Shown in pieces: positions 11,860 to 22,945 of a DNA stretch of 64,000 nt; position 1 is the stretch's first letter; the number at the start of each line of letters is the position of its first letter. The translations under genes were made by a program, and so were the position numbers. The stretch comes from Octopus sinensis (Eukaryota): positions 21,328,001-21,392,000 of the forward strand of contig NC_043001.1 of assembly GCF_006345805.1 (NCBI RefSeq), written 5' to 3'. The notes beneath the pieces are model-generated. The model saw nothing but the letters and a program-made list of their open reading frames with translations, searched no databases and was not told the origin of the DNA.

Positions 11860-12300
11860 AATCGCAAATCTTCACCGTCAGCGACTAAACCGGCAACCCC
11901 ACCAAGCTTGCTTGGTGAGGAGGGTGTTTATTGGACACCCTGCGGGATGAAAAACAAAACCCGTCAAAAGGCGGAGGAACTCTTGAGAGTCAACGGCCAT
12001 CCAATAAATGTGTAATTATATATCACCTCATTGTGGTAAGGGGGTGAAACGGGAGTGTCAGAGCTATGCCGTCGGAGACTTTGGTTTCTGGTAGAGCCAC
12101 CCAAGGGATTGTTGATTGTTCTGACACCCAGCGGCATCAGGGTCGTACCCGGCTAATGGGGCTCTGGTGAACAGAAGTGTCTGATCCAACAACCTGCAGC
12201 TTCAACCCATCCTGTCCCTGCGTCAGTGTCCCTACGACAAACAAGACGTTCTCCCAACAGGGATATACTTGCGGCTGGGGACTGCTAGCGAACTGCCTAT
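11860..12300 (+). mobile_element. Probable 5' end of an RTE-like LINE (structured 5' UTR, short uORF, start of endonuclease)
   Basis: GC-balanced block with hairpins (caccaagc/gcttggtg, agggtgt/acaccct). Ends in LRLGT, which resembles the start of the APE domain. Confidence 0.45.
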
Positions 12301-12400
12301 TCCCAAGATGCTTCAAATATTCCTCATAAATAAAAAAATAATCTCAAATCTGTCAACACTTTCTAACAGAAAGAAACATAAATTTAATCAACAGCACATT

Positions 12401-12745
12401 TACCTCCGCCCTAACAAAGGTAGAGGTATTGTTTTCAGTCATGTTTGTTTGTTTGTCCGTGGACAAGATATCTCAAGAACAGCTGGATGGATTCGGATGA
12501 AACTTTCAGGGATGTCTGACCTCGTGACTGGCACAAACTGATTAGATTTTGGGATCGATCCAATACCAAACAAGGATTCTGAATTATTTTCTGTTTTTTT
12601 TTTACTTAATTTTTGAGAGTAGTTGGGTTCATTTTCAGTATTCTCGTTTGTGAGAGCAGTCAAGTTTATTTCAGATATTCTCATTTTAAAAATCGTCTCT
12701 GGCTAATCATTGAGAGGACATTGGTGTTGCCTTGGCGGAGTGCTC
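12401..12745. mobile_element. Unclassified non-autonomous DNA element with TACCTCCGCC / CCTTGGCGGAG ends
   Basis: Imperfect terminal inverted repeats; internal gtttgtttgtttgtccg..ggatggatt..atgaaacttt is typical of this widespread repeat type. Confidence 0.5.
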
Positions 12746-12928
12746 TTGTTATTGTTTAGAATGATGGACCAAATGGTTTGTGGTTTTTGTACTATGTTCA
12801 AATCCCGCTGGGGCAACTTTGAATTTCATCCTTCTGGAATCATTGTCATCATCATCATCACCAAAGTGCTGTTCAATGGAATTGAACCTAGAATCACATG
12901 GATGGGAAGCAAGCTTCTTAACCACAAG

Positions 12929-12961
<33 letters not shown>

Positions 12962-14083
12962 GTTTAACGTCCATTCTCCATGCTAGCATGGGTTGGACGG
13001 TTCGACCAGGGATCTGGGAAGCCAGAAGGCTGCACCAGGCTCCGGTCTTATCTGGCAATGTTTCTACAGCTGGATGCCCTTCCTAACGCCAACCACTCCG
13101 TGAGTGTAGTGGGTGCTTTTTACGTGCCACCTGCACTGGTGCCAGGCGAGGCTGGCATCGGCCACGGTCGGATTGGTGCATTTTATGTGCCACCTGCACA
13201 GAAGCCAGTCGAGGCGGCACTGGCTTCGGCCACGATTCGGATGGTGCTTTTTACGTGCCACCGACACGGAAGCCAGTCGAGGCGATCTGCACCAATCAAT
13301 AACATATAATTGACTTGCGTTTTGTATCTCTCTCACTATCCTCCAGAGCAATGCCTTTCCCATTTTGTCAGCTGGGACCATGAGGCAGACTGACAAGCCT
13401 TTTCAGACATTACTTGGTATTTTCTGTTGATATATGACATCATAGCTGTTATATTCAGTTCTATTTTGTTTACTTTTATTAAAGTTTATTCAATGCTTTT
13501 ACATGAGTCCATTACTTCAAAATGTAAATCATTATTTCAACCAAAGTTAAAAAAAAATCAATCAGCACCATCCGAGGGTGATCGTTGACAGAGCGGCTAA
13601 CTGGCTTCCGTGCCAGTGGCACATAAAAAGGCACCATTTGAGTGTGATCGTTACCAGCATCGCCTTACTGGCATTTGTGCCTGTGCTAGTAGGGTGCCAA
13701 GAGCACCATCCGAGCGTGATCATTGCCAGAGGAGCCAACTGGCACGTAAAAGGGCACCATTTGAGCGTGATCGTTACCAATGTCGCCTTACTGGCACCTG
13801 TGCCGGTGGCATGTGTAAAAAGATTCGAGCAAGGTCGTTGCTAGTACTGCCTGACTGGCCTCCGTGCTGGTGGCATGTAAAAAGCACCCACTACACTCTC
13901 GGAGTGGTTGGCGTTAGGAAGGGCATCCAGCTGTAGAAACTCTGCCAGATCAAGATTGGAGCCTGGTGCGGCCGTCTGTTTCGCCAACCCTCAGTCAAAA
14001 TCGTCCAACCCATGGAAAGTGGATGTTAAATGATGATGATGATGATGGGAACAACAGAACTGAAACAGGAGAATCCTTCAATA

Positions 14084-14839
14084 CAGGGCTTGCCAAAGGG
14101 GGACCCTAGGGGTCAGAGAGGAATTAAAGGGGTCAATGATAGCCAAGGGGTCGACGTGTGAAAGACCAGCCCACCCACATGAACTGCTTGAAATACTTAG
14201 CCAGTGCCATGCTCATCCCTCACATGGATGTTGTCAATTTCAATAAAAGATATTCCAGCAATATGATGCATTTTTCACATTTTCTAACCGTGAAAACAAC
14301 TTCATAAAAATTGAAAGTTTAATACTGTATACTCACACACATAGTTTTAAATATAAAGTGTGTATCGTCATCTTCAACAGAATTTCTTAATTTGTCGTAC
14401 ATGTATCTTTTAAAAATAAATAAAAAATAAATGCGCCCTTTTAAAGCCTAGGCTCATGGGCCCAGTTTCCCGGTTTCGATGGTGTATGTGTTCCCCAGCT
14501 GTACGGAATGCCAGTCCATCCCAGCGCTACTCATTTTTGCCAGCTGAGTGGACTGGAGCAATGTGAAATGGAGTGTTTTGCTCAAGAACACAATGCATTA
14601 CCCAGTCCAGGAATCGAAACCACAATCTTACGATCATGATGCTGACACCCTAAGCACTAAGCCATGCGCCTCCACACATGTATCTTTTAACTAACATTTT
14701 AATTGGCAGCATCAGTACCCAATTTAAGATATGGTACGGTAGGGTAGGGTATTAAGGTATTTTAAATGAGGAGGGTGGTCAATGCCGAAGGAGAAGTGGC
14801 TAAAGAGGGTCAATGGTTGAAAAAGTCTGGTGACCCCTG
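14084..14839. mobile_element. hAT-type non-autonomous element with 8-bp TSD
   Basis: Ends CAGGGcttgccaaa and tctggtgacCCCTG. Exact TSD cttcaata at 14076-14083 and 14840-14847. Confidence 0.8.
14414..14675 (-). mobile_element. Third tRNA-SINE family (CORE/Meta-like body) nested in the hAT element
   Basis: Head gtggaggcgcatggcttagtg..ggtttcgattcctgg, body tgtgttcttgagcaaaacact. 15-bp TSD acatgtatcttttaa at 14399-14413 and 14676-14690. Confidence 0.8.
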
Positions 14840-15316
14840 CTTCAATATATTTTTAAATCAAGGCAGTGAGCTGGCAGAAATGTTAGCATGCCAGACGAAA
14901 TGCTTAGCAGTATTTCCTGTCTCTACGTTTTGAGTTCAAATTCCACCGAGGTCGACTTTGCCTTTCATCCTTTCGGGGTCGATAAATTAAGTACCAGTTG
15001 CGTACTGGGGTCGATAAATCGACTGATCCCCTCCCTGAAAATTTCGGGCCTTGTGCCTAGAGCAGAAAAGAATATAACTTTAAAATCTCCTACAAACGAT
15101 GCATCTCAGATGCTAATGCTACATTTGTTTTTAAAGCCTGCTACTTTCACTTTCACTTTCACTTTCTGCCTACTCGAGAAAAGCTTTGGTCAGACTATAG
15201 AAGAAAATATTTATCCAAGGGACAGAACATAGAACCATGTGGTTGGGAAGTGAAGTTTTAATTCGCTTGTAACATCTAACTTTTAACCGAAAGGGATATT
15301 TAATCAAATAACTTAC

Positions 15317-15510
15317 TTCAGCATCAAGTGCAACTAATTTTTTTCTAAGCTTCTGAGATTCTATTTCCTCTCTTGCCAATTTCATTAATCTTTTTGTCAT
15401 TATTGTGTTTTGATGATTGATGGCTTTTAGTTCTTCTTGTTTTCGGCGTAATTCTGAGAGAATTTCATCATCCGGGTTATCTTCAACTTTTTCATCAAAA
15501 TCCAAAATTC
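15317..15510 (-). CDS. TADA3: TADA3 coding exon 8 (GILDFDEKVEDNPDDEILSELRRKQEELKAINHQN...LVALDAE)
   Basis: Overlaps track ORF 15170..15505. DE.L.ELR..Q.ELKA coiled coil of the ADA3 domain. Acceptor aatacag, donor gtaagt; phase 1 in, phase 0 out. Confidence 0.96.
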
Positions 15511-17243
15511 CTGTATTTAAAAATCAATAAAAACAATTAAAAATAAACAAAAAGAGAAAGAAAGACTTTTAAAACCCCACAAACGCAGGTCATCAATAAT
15601 GTACAACCTAAGATAATTAAGGTAATTAAGATGCTGAAATTTGCCCCTTGACTGGAGGAAGAAAACACAGAGCAAGCTGCAGTTGCTCCTGACTCTGAAA
15701 GAAAACTGAAGATAACCTCAAGAAATTCAGGTCCAATTTCTCAAATCAATTTATATACTCTTCTATTTGTTTCAGTCATTTGACTGCAGCCATGCTGGAG
15801 CACTGCCTTTAGTTGAACAAATCGACTCTAGGACTTATTCCCTGTAAGCCTAGCACCTATTCTATCAGTATCCTCTGCCGAACCGCCAAGCTATGGGGAT
15901 GTAAACACACTGGCATCAGTTGTCAAGCAATGGTGGGGAGACACACATACATATATATATATATGTTTAGGACAGGCTTCTTTTAGTTTCCGTCTACCAA
16001 ATCCACCCACAAGGCCCTGGTCAGCCCAAGGCTACAGTAGAAGACACTTGCCCAACCCAAGGTGCCATGCATTGGGACTGAACCCGGAACCATGTGGCTG
16101 GTAAGCAAGCTACCTACCACACAGCCACTCCTGTGCCTATGTTTAGGAAAAGATGAGGTAAGAGATGCATAGTACAGTCAGAACAGTAAATACTCTTTTA
16201 CTTGTTTCAGTCATTTGACTGTGGCCATGCTGGAGCACCGCATTTAGTTGAAGAAATCGACCCCAGGACTTATTCTTTTGTAAGCCTAGTACTTGTTCTA
16301 TTGGTCTCTTTTGTCGAACCGCTAAGTTACAGGGACGTAAACACACCAGCATCGGTTGTTGAGCGATGTTGGGGGGACAAACACAGACACACAAACATAC
16401 ACACACATATATATATATACATATATACGACGGGCTTCTTTCAGTTTCCATCTACCAAATCCACTCACAAGGCTTTGGTCGGCCCAAGGCTATAATAAAA
16501 GACACTTGCCCATGGTGCAATGTAGTGGGACTGAACCTGGAACTATGTGGTTCATAAGCAAGCTACTTACCAAAAATATACATTTTTTTTTTATAGAAAA
16601 GATTTATGGACATTTTTGGCCAAAATAATAAACTGAAACATGTTTGTAGAAGTTCCTTGAATGCAAACTAATAACAGACTATTCTTTCTCTAAACATATA
16701 TAAGGTGCATTTTTTTTTTCTAAAATCAAATTCTCAAAGGAAAATCAGTGTAGGTCCTATATGTGAAGTTGGGTCTATATTACATGCCTTAATGCACTAA
16801 AGAATTTATTTCCCTGAATATGTGCTGCTGAAATTGTGGCGGCAACTAATATACCTGTACATATTTTAGGCCATATACAGGAAATAAACTTGAGAAATTA
16901 ATTGATTTTCTTGAAATTGTTTCCCTAATTCTTTCAGAGTTGCTAACAATTGCCATCAAGTTATGCTTACTTCTTACAAGAGAAACATTTCAGTTAAGAA
17001 TTTATTACATACAACATTCAGTACCGCACACTTCAATCTAGTTATTCAAATTCATTCCCTTGGCTCACATATGTTATTACCCATAGCTTATTTTATTTTT
17101 TTGATTTAAGATACCTCACCCTAAGAGATAAGTTTGTTCATTTGCTTTTCCATGCTAGCATGGGTTAGACAGAAATGATAACACTATCACTACTCACAGT
17201 GACTTTCTTAGAGCACACATGTAAACAAACACAAAGACACACT

Positions 17244-17279
<36 letters not shown>

Positions 17280-17951
17280 CTTTCATCCTTTTTAACGTTT
17301 GTTTTCTATGCTGGCATGGCTTGGATGGGACATGGGCTTACTCTTTCACCCTCTCTTTCTCACATACCTCCCTCCCCCATAAGCCCACCCACCCCTACAC
17401 ATTTCTACTCCACCTTCCCTATCCTTCCGATGCCCCCATCCTATCCCACAAACCCTCTCCCACATACCCCAACCCTCAGCCAAACCCACACCCCACCCGT
17501 GCTTTCCTCACTCTCGCTTCCCCCACCTCCCAACATCACACCACACCACATTACACCATATATTACACATCACATCACAACACACCACCCACACACCTAT
17601 CCCCATATACATACACGCACACGTCCAGACCACCAGCCCTCTTTCACACACACATACATACTCTCTTATACACACATGCATCTTTGTGTTGGGGGGGGGT
17701 CATCTTTACTTTGTTATCTCCCCTACTTTCCCTCTCGTGTGTGACCCTTCTGTCCGAGCCAGTCGCCATGATAGATCGTTAGCCACTACACACATTTTTT
17801 TTCTCTCCTTGTTTTTTCTGTGTCCCTTTCTGTAGAAGAGCTTAGGCTTGAAACGCAAAAGACTTTTTCTATTCCTGAGCGTTACACTAATACATCTGTT
17901 TGTTTTGTACACCACCTGTCTTCATCTTTTGTTTTTTTCGTAAACTCTCCC

Positions 17952-17985
<34 letters not shown>

Positions 17986-18373
17986 ATGATGGGCCTCTTT
18001 CAATTTCTGTCTATCAAATTCGTACTTACCAGGCTTTGATTGGCCTTGGGATATAGAAGACATTTGCTCAAGGTGCTGTGCAGTGTAGCCGAACCCAAAA
18101 CTAAAGGATAGGAAAGGAAACTTCTAAACCATACAGCCATGCCTGCATCTATATTAATTATCCAAATCCATATCAGTAACCCCTCCTTAAGGGGTGGGTG
18201 GGGGTTAGTGATATGGATCTCTCTCTCGCTCTCTCTCTGGCATACATGCAATTAATCCCTATGTAATTTACAATAGAAAATTGTTGAAAACATATTTTAG
18301 TCCCTGCCCCATAGGAGTTGTGTGCAATTAGCGAAATGACTTTGAGTGAATATTTTAATGTAAATGAATTAAC

Positions 18374-18481
18374 CTTGTTCTTCTAGTTCTTTTTTAATTC
18401 TTTTTTCAAGCTGAACAGCATTGCTGATATTTAGCTGTTTGGCTAACATCTTTGGAGAAATTGATGGTGGATCTTCTAGGT
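18374..18481 (-). CDS. TADA3: TADA3 coding exon 7 (DLEDPPSISPKMLAKQLNISNAVQLEKRIKKELEEQ)
   Basis: 108 nt, phase 1-1. LE.RIK.EL matches TADA3. Acceptor ttttacatttcag, donor gttaat. Confidence 0.92.
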
Positions 18482-19447
18482 CTGAAATGTAAAAAAAAAT
18501 TCATCAAAATAGAGCAAATTCTATTCAACATTTAATCTAAGCTTTAACCTGTGAATTGTGTAATTGTTGCTAAAGCAAAACATCATATAAAGTTAGTGAA
18601 CAAAGGGATTTTCTGTACTGTTAGAGTAAAATGCATGTTAGATAAGATTCAATAAAAAAAACAAAAAAAAAAAAACAGAAAAAAGTTTGCATTTGTATAT
18701 CAATAAAGCTTCAAAGTAACATCTACTTTTCCATGTTTGCATGAGTCAGATGGAATTTGTTGAGTCAGATTTTCTACAGCCGCATACCATTTCTGTCGTC
18801 AATACTTACTTGTTTCCAGGCAGTCAAATTTCCCATGGAAACTATACGATGATGTTGCTTGACTTGTGATGCCAAAACAAGGGTGCATATACTCACACAT
18901 ACACTAATACATGCATATATAAGATGGGCTTCTCTCAGTTTCTGTCTACCAAATCCACTCACAAGACTTTGATTGGCCTAGGGCAATAGTAAAAGACACT
19001 TGCCCAAGGTGCCATGCAGTGGGATTGAACCTGAGACCACATGGTTGGGAAGCAAGCTTCTTAACCACACAGTCACACATGTAGCAATAAATTATTTAAT
19101 GCAAATCAACGCTGCTGTTTCTAAAACCTGTGAAAGGCAATGAGGAAGCTGATATAGTCATTTGAACTGCTACAAATAGCAGCAAAAATCTCTCTCAAAT
19201 CAAATCTAGTCTTAAATAAGGACATAGTGAACAATATAGTCTCAGCTACATAAAGATGGAATGGCCATGGATGGAATGCCTTTGACCACAGGCTTGCTTA
19301 ATCAGGGCAAACTTGTTGCTAAACAATATTATTAACAACAAATATAGCATATATGTAGTATATTCAAAATGTTGGCCAAAAAATTATTTCCAAAACTCAT
19401 TTATAAATATTTAGGGCCTTAGAACATTTGTTATAATATTATTAATT

Positions 19448-19685
19448 CAATTGCAGCGTGGAAGGTGTTTATAAGCCATTTAAGAAACACACAAAAACCG
19501 TTAGATTCATTTCAACATTTAAATTTAATTTGTCAAAATATTTTTGTCGAAGTTTTGTCAGTGAACAGGTTGCTGTCTCAAAGCGACGAAAATATTTTGA
19601 CAAATTAAATTTAAATGTTGAAGTGAATCTAATGGTATTTGTGTGTTTCTTAAATGGCTTATAAACACCTTCCACGCTGCAATTG
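19448..19685. repeat. Inverted repeat, arms about 100 bp, loop about 35 nt
   Basis: caattgcagcgtggaagg...gtcaaaatattt pairs with aaatattttgac...ccttccacgctgcaattg. Confidence 0.95.
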
Positions 19686-19805
19686 TTTTCGTTCCAGCAC
19701 ACACGATCTCAGATCAGGTCACTTGCTATGCAAGAACATCTCTGTAATTATTAATTCAAGTAGTGAGAAAGTGATAAAGTCAATCAACCATAGAGTATTT
19801 AATAC

Positions 19806-19918
19806 CTTTAGTGCTTATATCCGCTGTCGTATCGTCAACTGGTGCCATTACATGTTCTTCAATAAGTGCAGTAACAAGCCGTTGAGTAAGGGGACCAAAA
19901 GGGGAATCATCATTGGAA
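19806..19918 (-). CDS. TADA3: TADA3 coding exon 6 (SNDDSPFGPLTQRLVTALIEEHVMAPVDDTTADISTK)
   Basis: Carries the ADA3 motif PFG.LTQRL..AL.EE. Acceptor tttgtttcctttcag, donor gtatta; phase 2 in, phase 1 out. Confidence 0.95.
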
Positions 19919-20675
19919 CTGAAAGGAAACAAAAATTGCAATAACTAATTAATTGTCAAAATATAATGAGTACAACCAATGTCTTTGAATGAGGCATGAA
20001 CATCACACAATCTCATTTCTTCTGTCTTTTAATGCTGAAATGTTATGTTCGTGTATGTATCTAATATTTCTCAAACTATAAAGAAAATTTGAAGTAACTG
20101 TCTAACAAGTCAAGTCCTTGACTCAGTTTACAGATTTGGCCATATCGTAGACAGTCCGCTTCAACTTACTTCAGAAAGGCAAGATTATCATATCGTATCA
20201 TCACATCTCGACCACTGCCACCCTCTGTTACATGTACATAAAGCCTTCTGTCAGTGTAACATCACAAAAAAAAAAAAAAAACCTAACCAAAAAAAAACAC
20301 TATATTCCCAAAGCTAATACAACCAGTCTTTCTGTAACAAACAGAGGCACTTTCAAGAAAAGTTACAAAGAGTGTTTTCATTGCACAAACAATGGATGGT
20401 TAAGAATGGTCACATGACATAATAAATGTACTGACGATGAGATATTTCTTAACCAAGTGCATTACTTACTCAGACACAAACAGTCTTCATTCTGTGAATA
20501 TATTTCCTATGATTTAGCAGTAGATAGGTTTAGTGTAAATATTTAGTCAACAATGCCCTATCATCAAAGACATTTTAGTCTTAATCATCTCATGCTTTAG
20601 ATATAGTTTGCTCCTAATTACATTTTATTAAATGAGTCTTCTTTTTAAAGAAGACTCATTTAATAGAACTCAAAT

Positions 20676-21009
20676 TCCATCTGTCTAACACCCATGGACA
20701 TGTTTACATAGTCAGAAAACAGCACAGCTTCCATGACTTTCGGAAACATATTTTCACGCTAAGAGTTGTTGAAGTATGGAACAAACTGCCGGCATCAGTT
20801 GTTAGTTGTCAGAGCACTGCATCCTTCAAAACTTCCTGAGATTCGCCAACACTACACCTGATTTTCTCCCCTCCATACACACGCAAGCATTATCTGACTC
20901 ATACACTGTTCACTTCCCAGACATTTGTACATTACTGCATATGCTTTATACGCACTTTTGACAAGTTGTGGTGCACCTGAGCACTGTATACAATAGTTTC
21001 ATTATTATA
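20676..21009 (+). mobile_element. CR1-clade LINE 3' end, second copy, abutting the RTE copy
   Basis: Highly similar to 3498-3834. Confidence 0.8.
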
Positions 21010-21010
21010 T

Positions 21011-22945
21011 CAAGCCATGTACAGAGATGCCGTAAGTAAGGTTAGGGTTGGCAACATGTACACAGAAGAATTCAAAGTAGAGGTTGGGGTCCACCAGGGT
21101 TCAGTACTCAGCCCCCTCCTATTTATCATAGGCAACTACGGAGGAATTCAAGACAGGCTGTCCCTGGGAGCTCCTCTACGCTGACGACCTTGCTCTTATT
21201 GCTGAGTCACTATCAGAACTGGAGGAGAAGTTCCAGGTGTGGAAGGAGGGTTTAGAATCAAGGGGCCTTAGAGTCAACCTAGCTAAAACCAAAGTACTAA
21301 TAAGTAGAAAGGTAGACAATCCACAAATATCTTCAGGAAGATGGCCCTGCTCGATCTGTAGAAAAGGTGTAGGTAGAAACTCTATAAGATGTACCCAGTG
21401 TAAGCTATGGATACATAAAGGTGCAGCAATGTCAAACTGGGAAGATAGTTTTTGTATGTGGCAGATGCTCGGGAGCATTAACCCGAAAATCTGCAGAAAA
21501 CAACTTCCGTCACTTTCCAGGGGGAAAAACTAGAAGTAGTTGATAGCTTCCGTTATCTAGGTGACCAAGTCAGTAGTTGGGGGGGTGCGCTGAAAGTGTT
21601 AACTGCTAGAATAAGAATAGCCTGGGCAAAGTTTAGGGAGCTCTTACCTCTGCTGGTGACTAAAGGCCTCTCGCTCAGAGTAAAAAGCAGACTGTATGAT
21701 GCGTGTGTACGAACAGCCATGCTACATGGCAGCGAAACATGGGCCGTGACTGCTGAGGACATGCGTAAGCTCGTGAGGAATGAAGCCAGTATGCTCCGAT
21801 GGATGTGTACATACTCGACAGAGCGTTAGCACCTTGAGAGAAATGTTGTACCTAAGAAGCATCAGTTGTGGTGTGCAAGAGAGACGATTGCGCTGGTATG
21901 GTCATGTGGCGAGAATGGATGAAGATAGGTGTGTGAGAAAGTGCCAATCCCTAGCAGTTGAGGGAACCCGTGGAAGAGGTAGACCCAGGAAAACCTGGGA
22001 CGAGTGGTGGTGAAGCACGACCTTCGAACTTTAGGCCTCACTGAGGAAATGACCAGAGACCGAGACCTTTGGAAATATTCTGTACATGAGAAGACCAGGC
22101 AGGACAAGTGAGCCCAGCCCACTTATGAATGCCTTTCCTCCCTTGGACACAAAGACCGGTTGAGGCAAGCGAAGTCGATATAGAACCTCATCCGACGACA
22201 GACACCCATGCCAAACCCCCATGCTTGCGAAGACATGTTGGGGCAAGCGAAATCGAAATCGAAATCGAAACCGAATTGAACCAGCCAGGATCCCTGGCCT
22301 GGTGGTACGTAAAAAGCACTATCCGACTCGTGGCCGTGGCACGTAAAATACTCCAATGCGACCGTACGACAGGCACCCATGCCAACCCCTTTGCTTGTGA
22401 AGACATGTTGGGGCAAGCGAAATCGAAATCGAATTGAACCAGCCAGGATCCCTGGTCTGGTGGTACGTAAAAAGCACTATCCGACTCGTGGCCGTGGCAC
22501 GTAAAATACTCAATGCGACCGTACGACAGGCACCCTTGCCAACCCCTTTGCTTGTGAAGACATGTTGGGGCAAGCGAAATCGAAATCGAATTGAACCAGC
22601 CAGGATCCCTGGTCTGGTGGTACGTAAAAAAGCACTATCCGACTCGTGGCCGATGCCAGCACCGCCTCGACTGGCTTCCGTGCCGGTGGCACATAAAATA
22701 CACCAATCTGACCGTGGCCGTTGCCAGCCCCGCCTGGCACCTGTGCAGGGTGGCACGTAAAAAGCACCCACTACACTCACGGAGTGGTTGGCGTTAGGAA
22801 GGGCATCCAGCTGTAGAAACATTGCCAAATTAGACTGGAGCCTGGTGCAGCCTTCTGGCTTCCCAGAACCCCGGTCGAACCGTCCAACCCATGCTAGCAT
22901 GGAGAACGGACGTTAAACGACGATGATGATGATGATGATGATGAT
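21011..22945 (+). mobile_element. 5'-truncated RTE-clade LINE: RT C-terminal half, Cys/His finger, tandem-repeat 3' UTR and (GAT)n tail
   Basis: Translations include GVHQGSVLSPLLFII, LLYADDLAL, GLRVNLAKTKVL, ARIRIAWAKFRELLPLL, RLRWYGHVARM and GRGRPRKTW. Frameshifted. The sequence continues into the abundant tggcacgtaaaaagcacc repeat. Confidence 0.9.

Noticed and set aside
15608-15695. Open 87-nt phase-1 segment after a good acceptor upstream of exon 8
   Set aside because: The donor (gttgta) is weak, the peptide is not TADA3-like, and only about 100 nt remain to exon 8.
17826-17861. Hammerhead-like CTGTAGAAGAGC..GCTTGAAACGCA motif and its relative at 60528-60564 (minus strand)
   Set aside because: Both copies break essential core positions (CUGA to CUGU, U16.1 to C, or GAAA to AAAA). 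They are probably relics of another Penelope-like family and were not called as ribozymes.
22230-22640. Regularly spaced repeats around tggcacgtaaaaagcacc that might suggest a CRISPR-like array
   Set aside because: The spacers are themselves repeated, the context is a eukaryotic LINE 3' UTR, and there are no cas genes.
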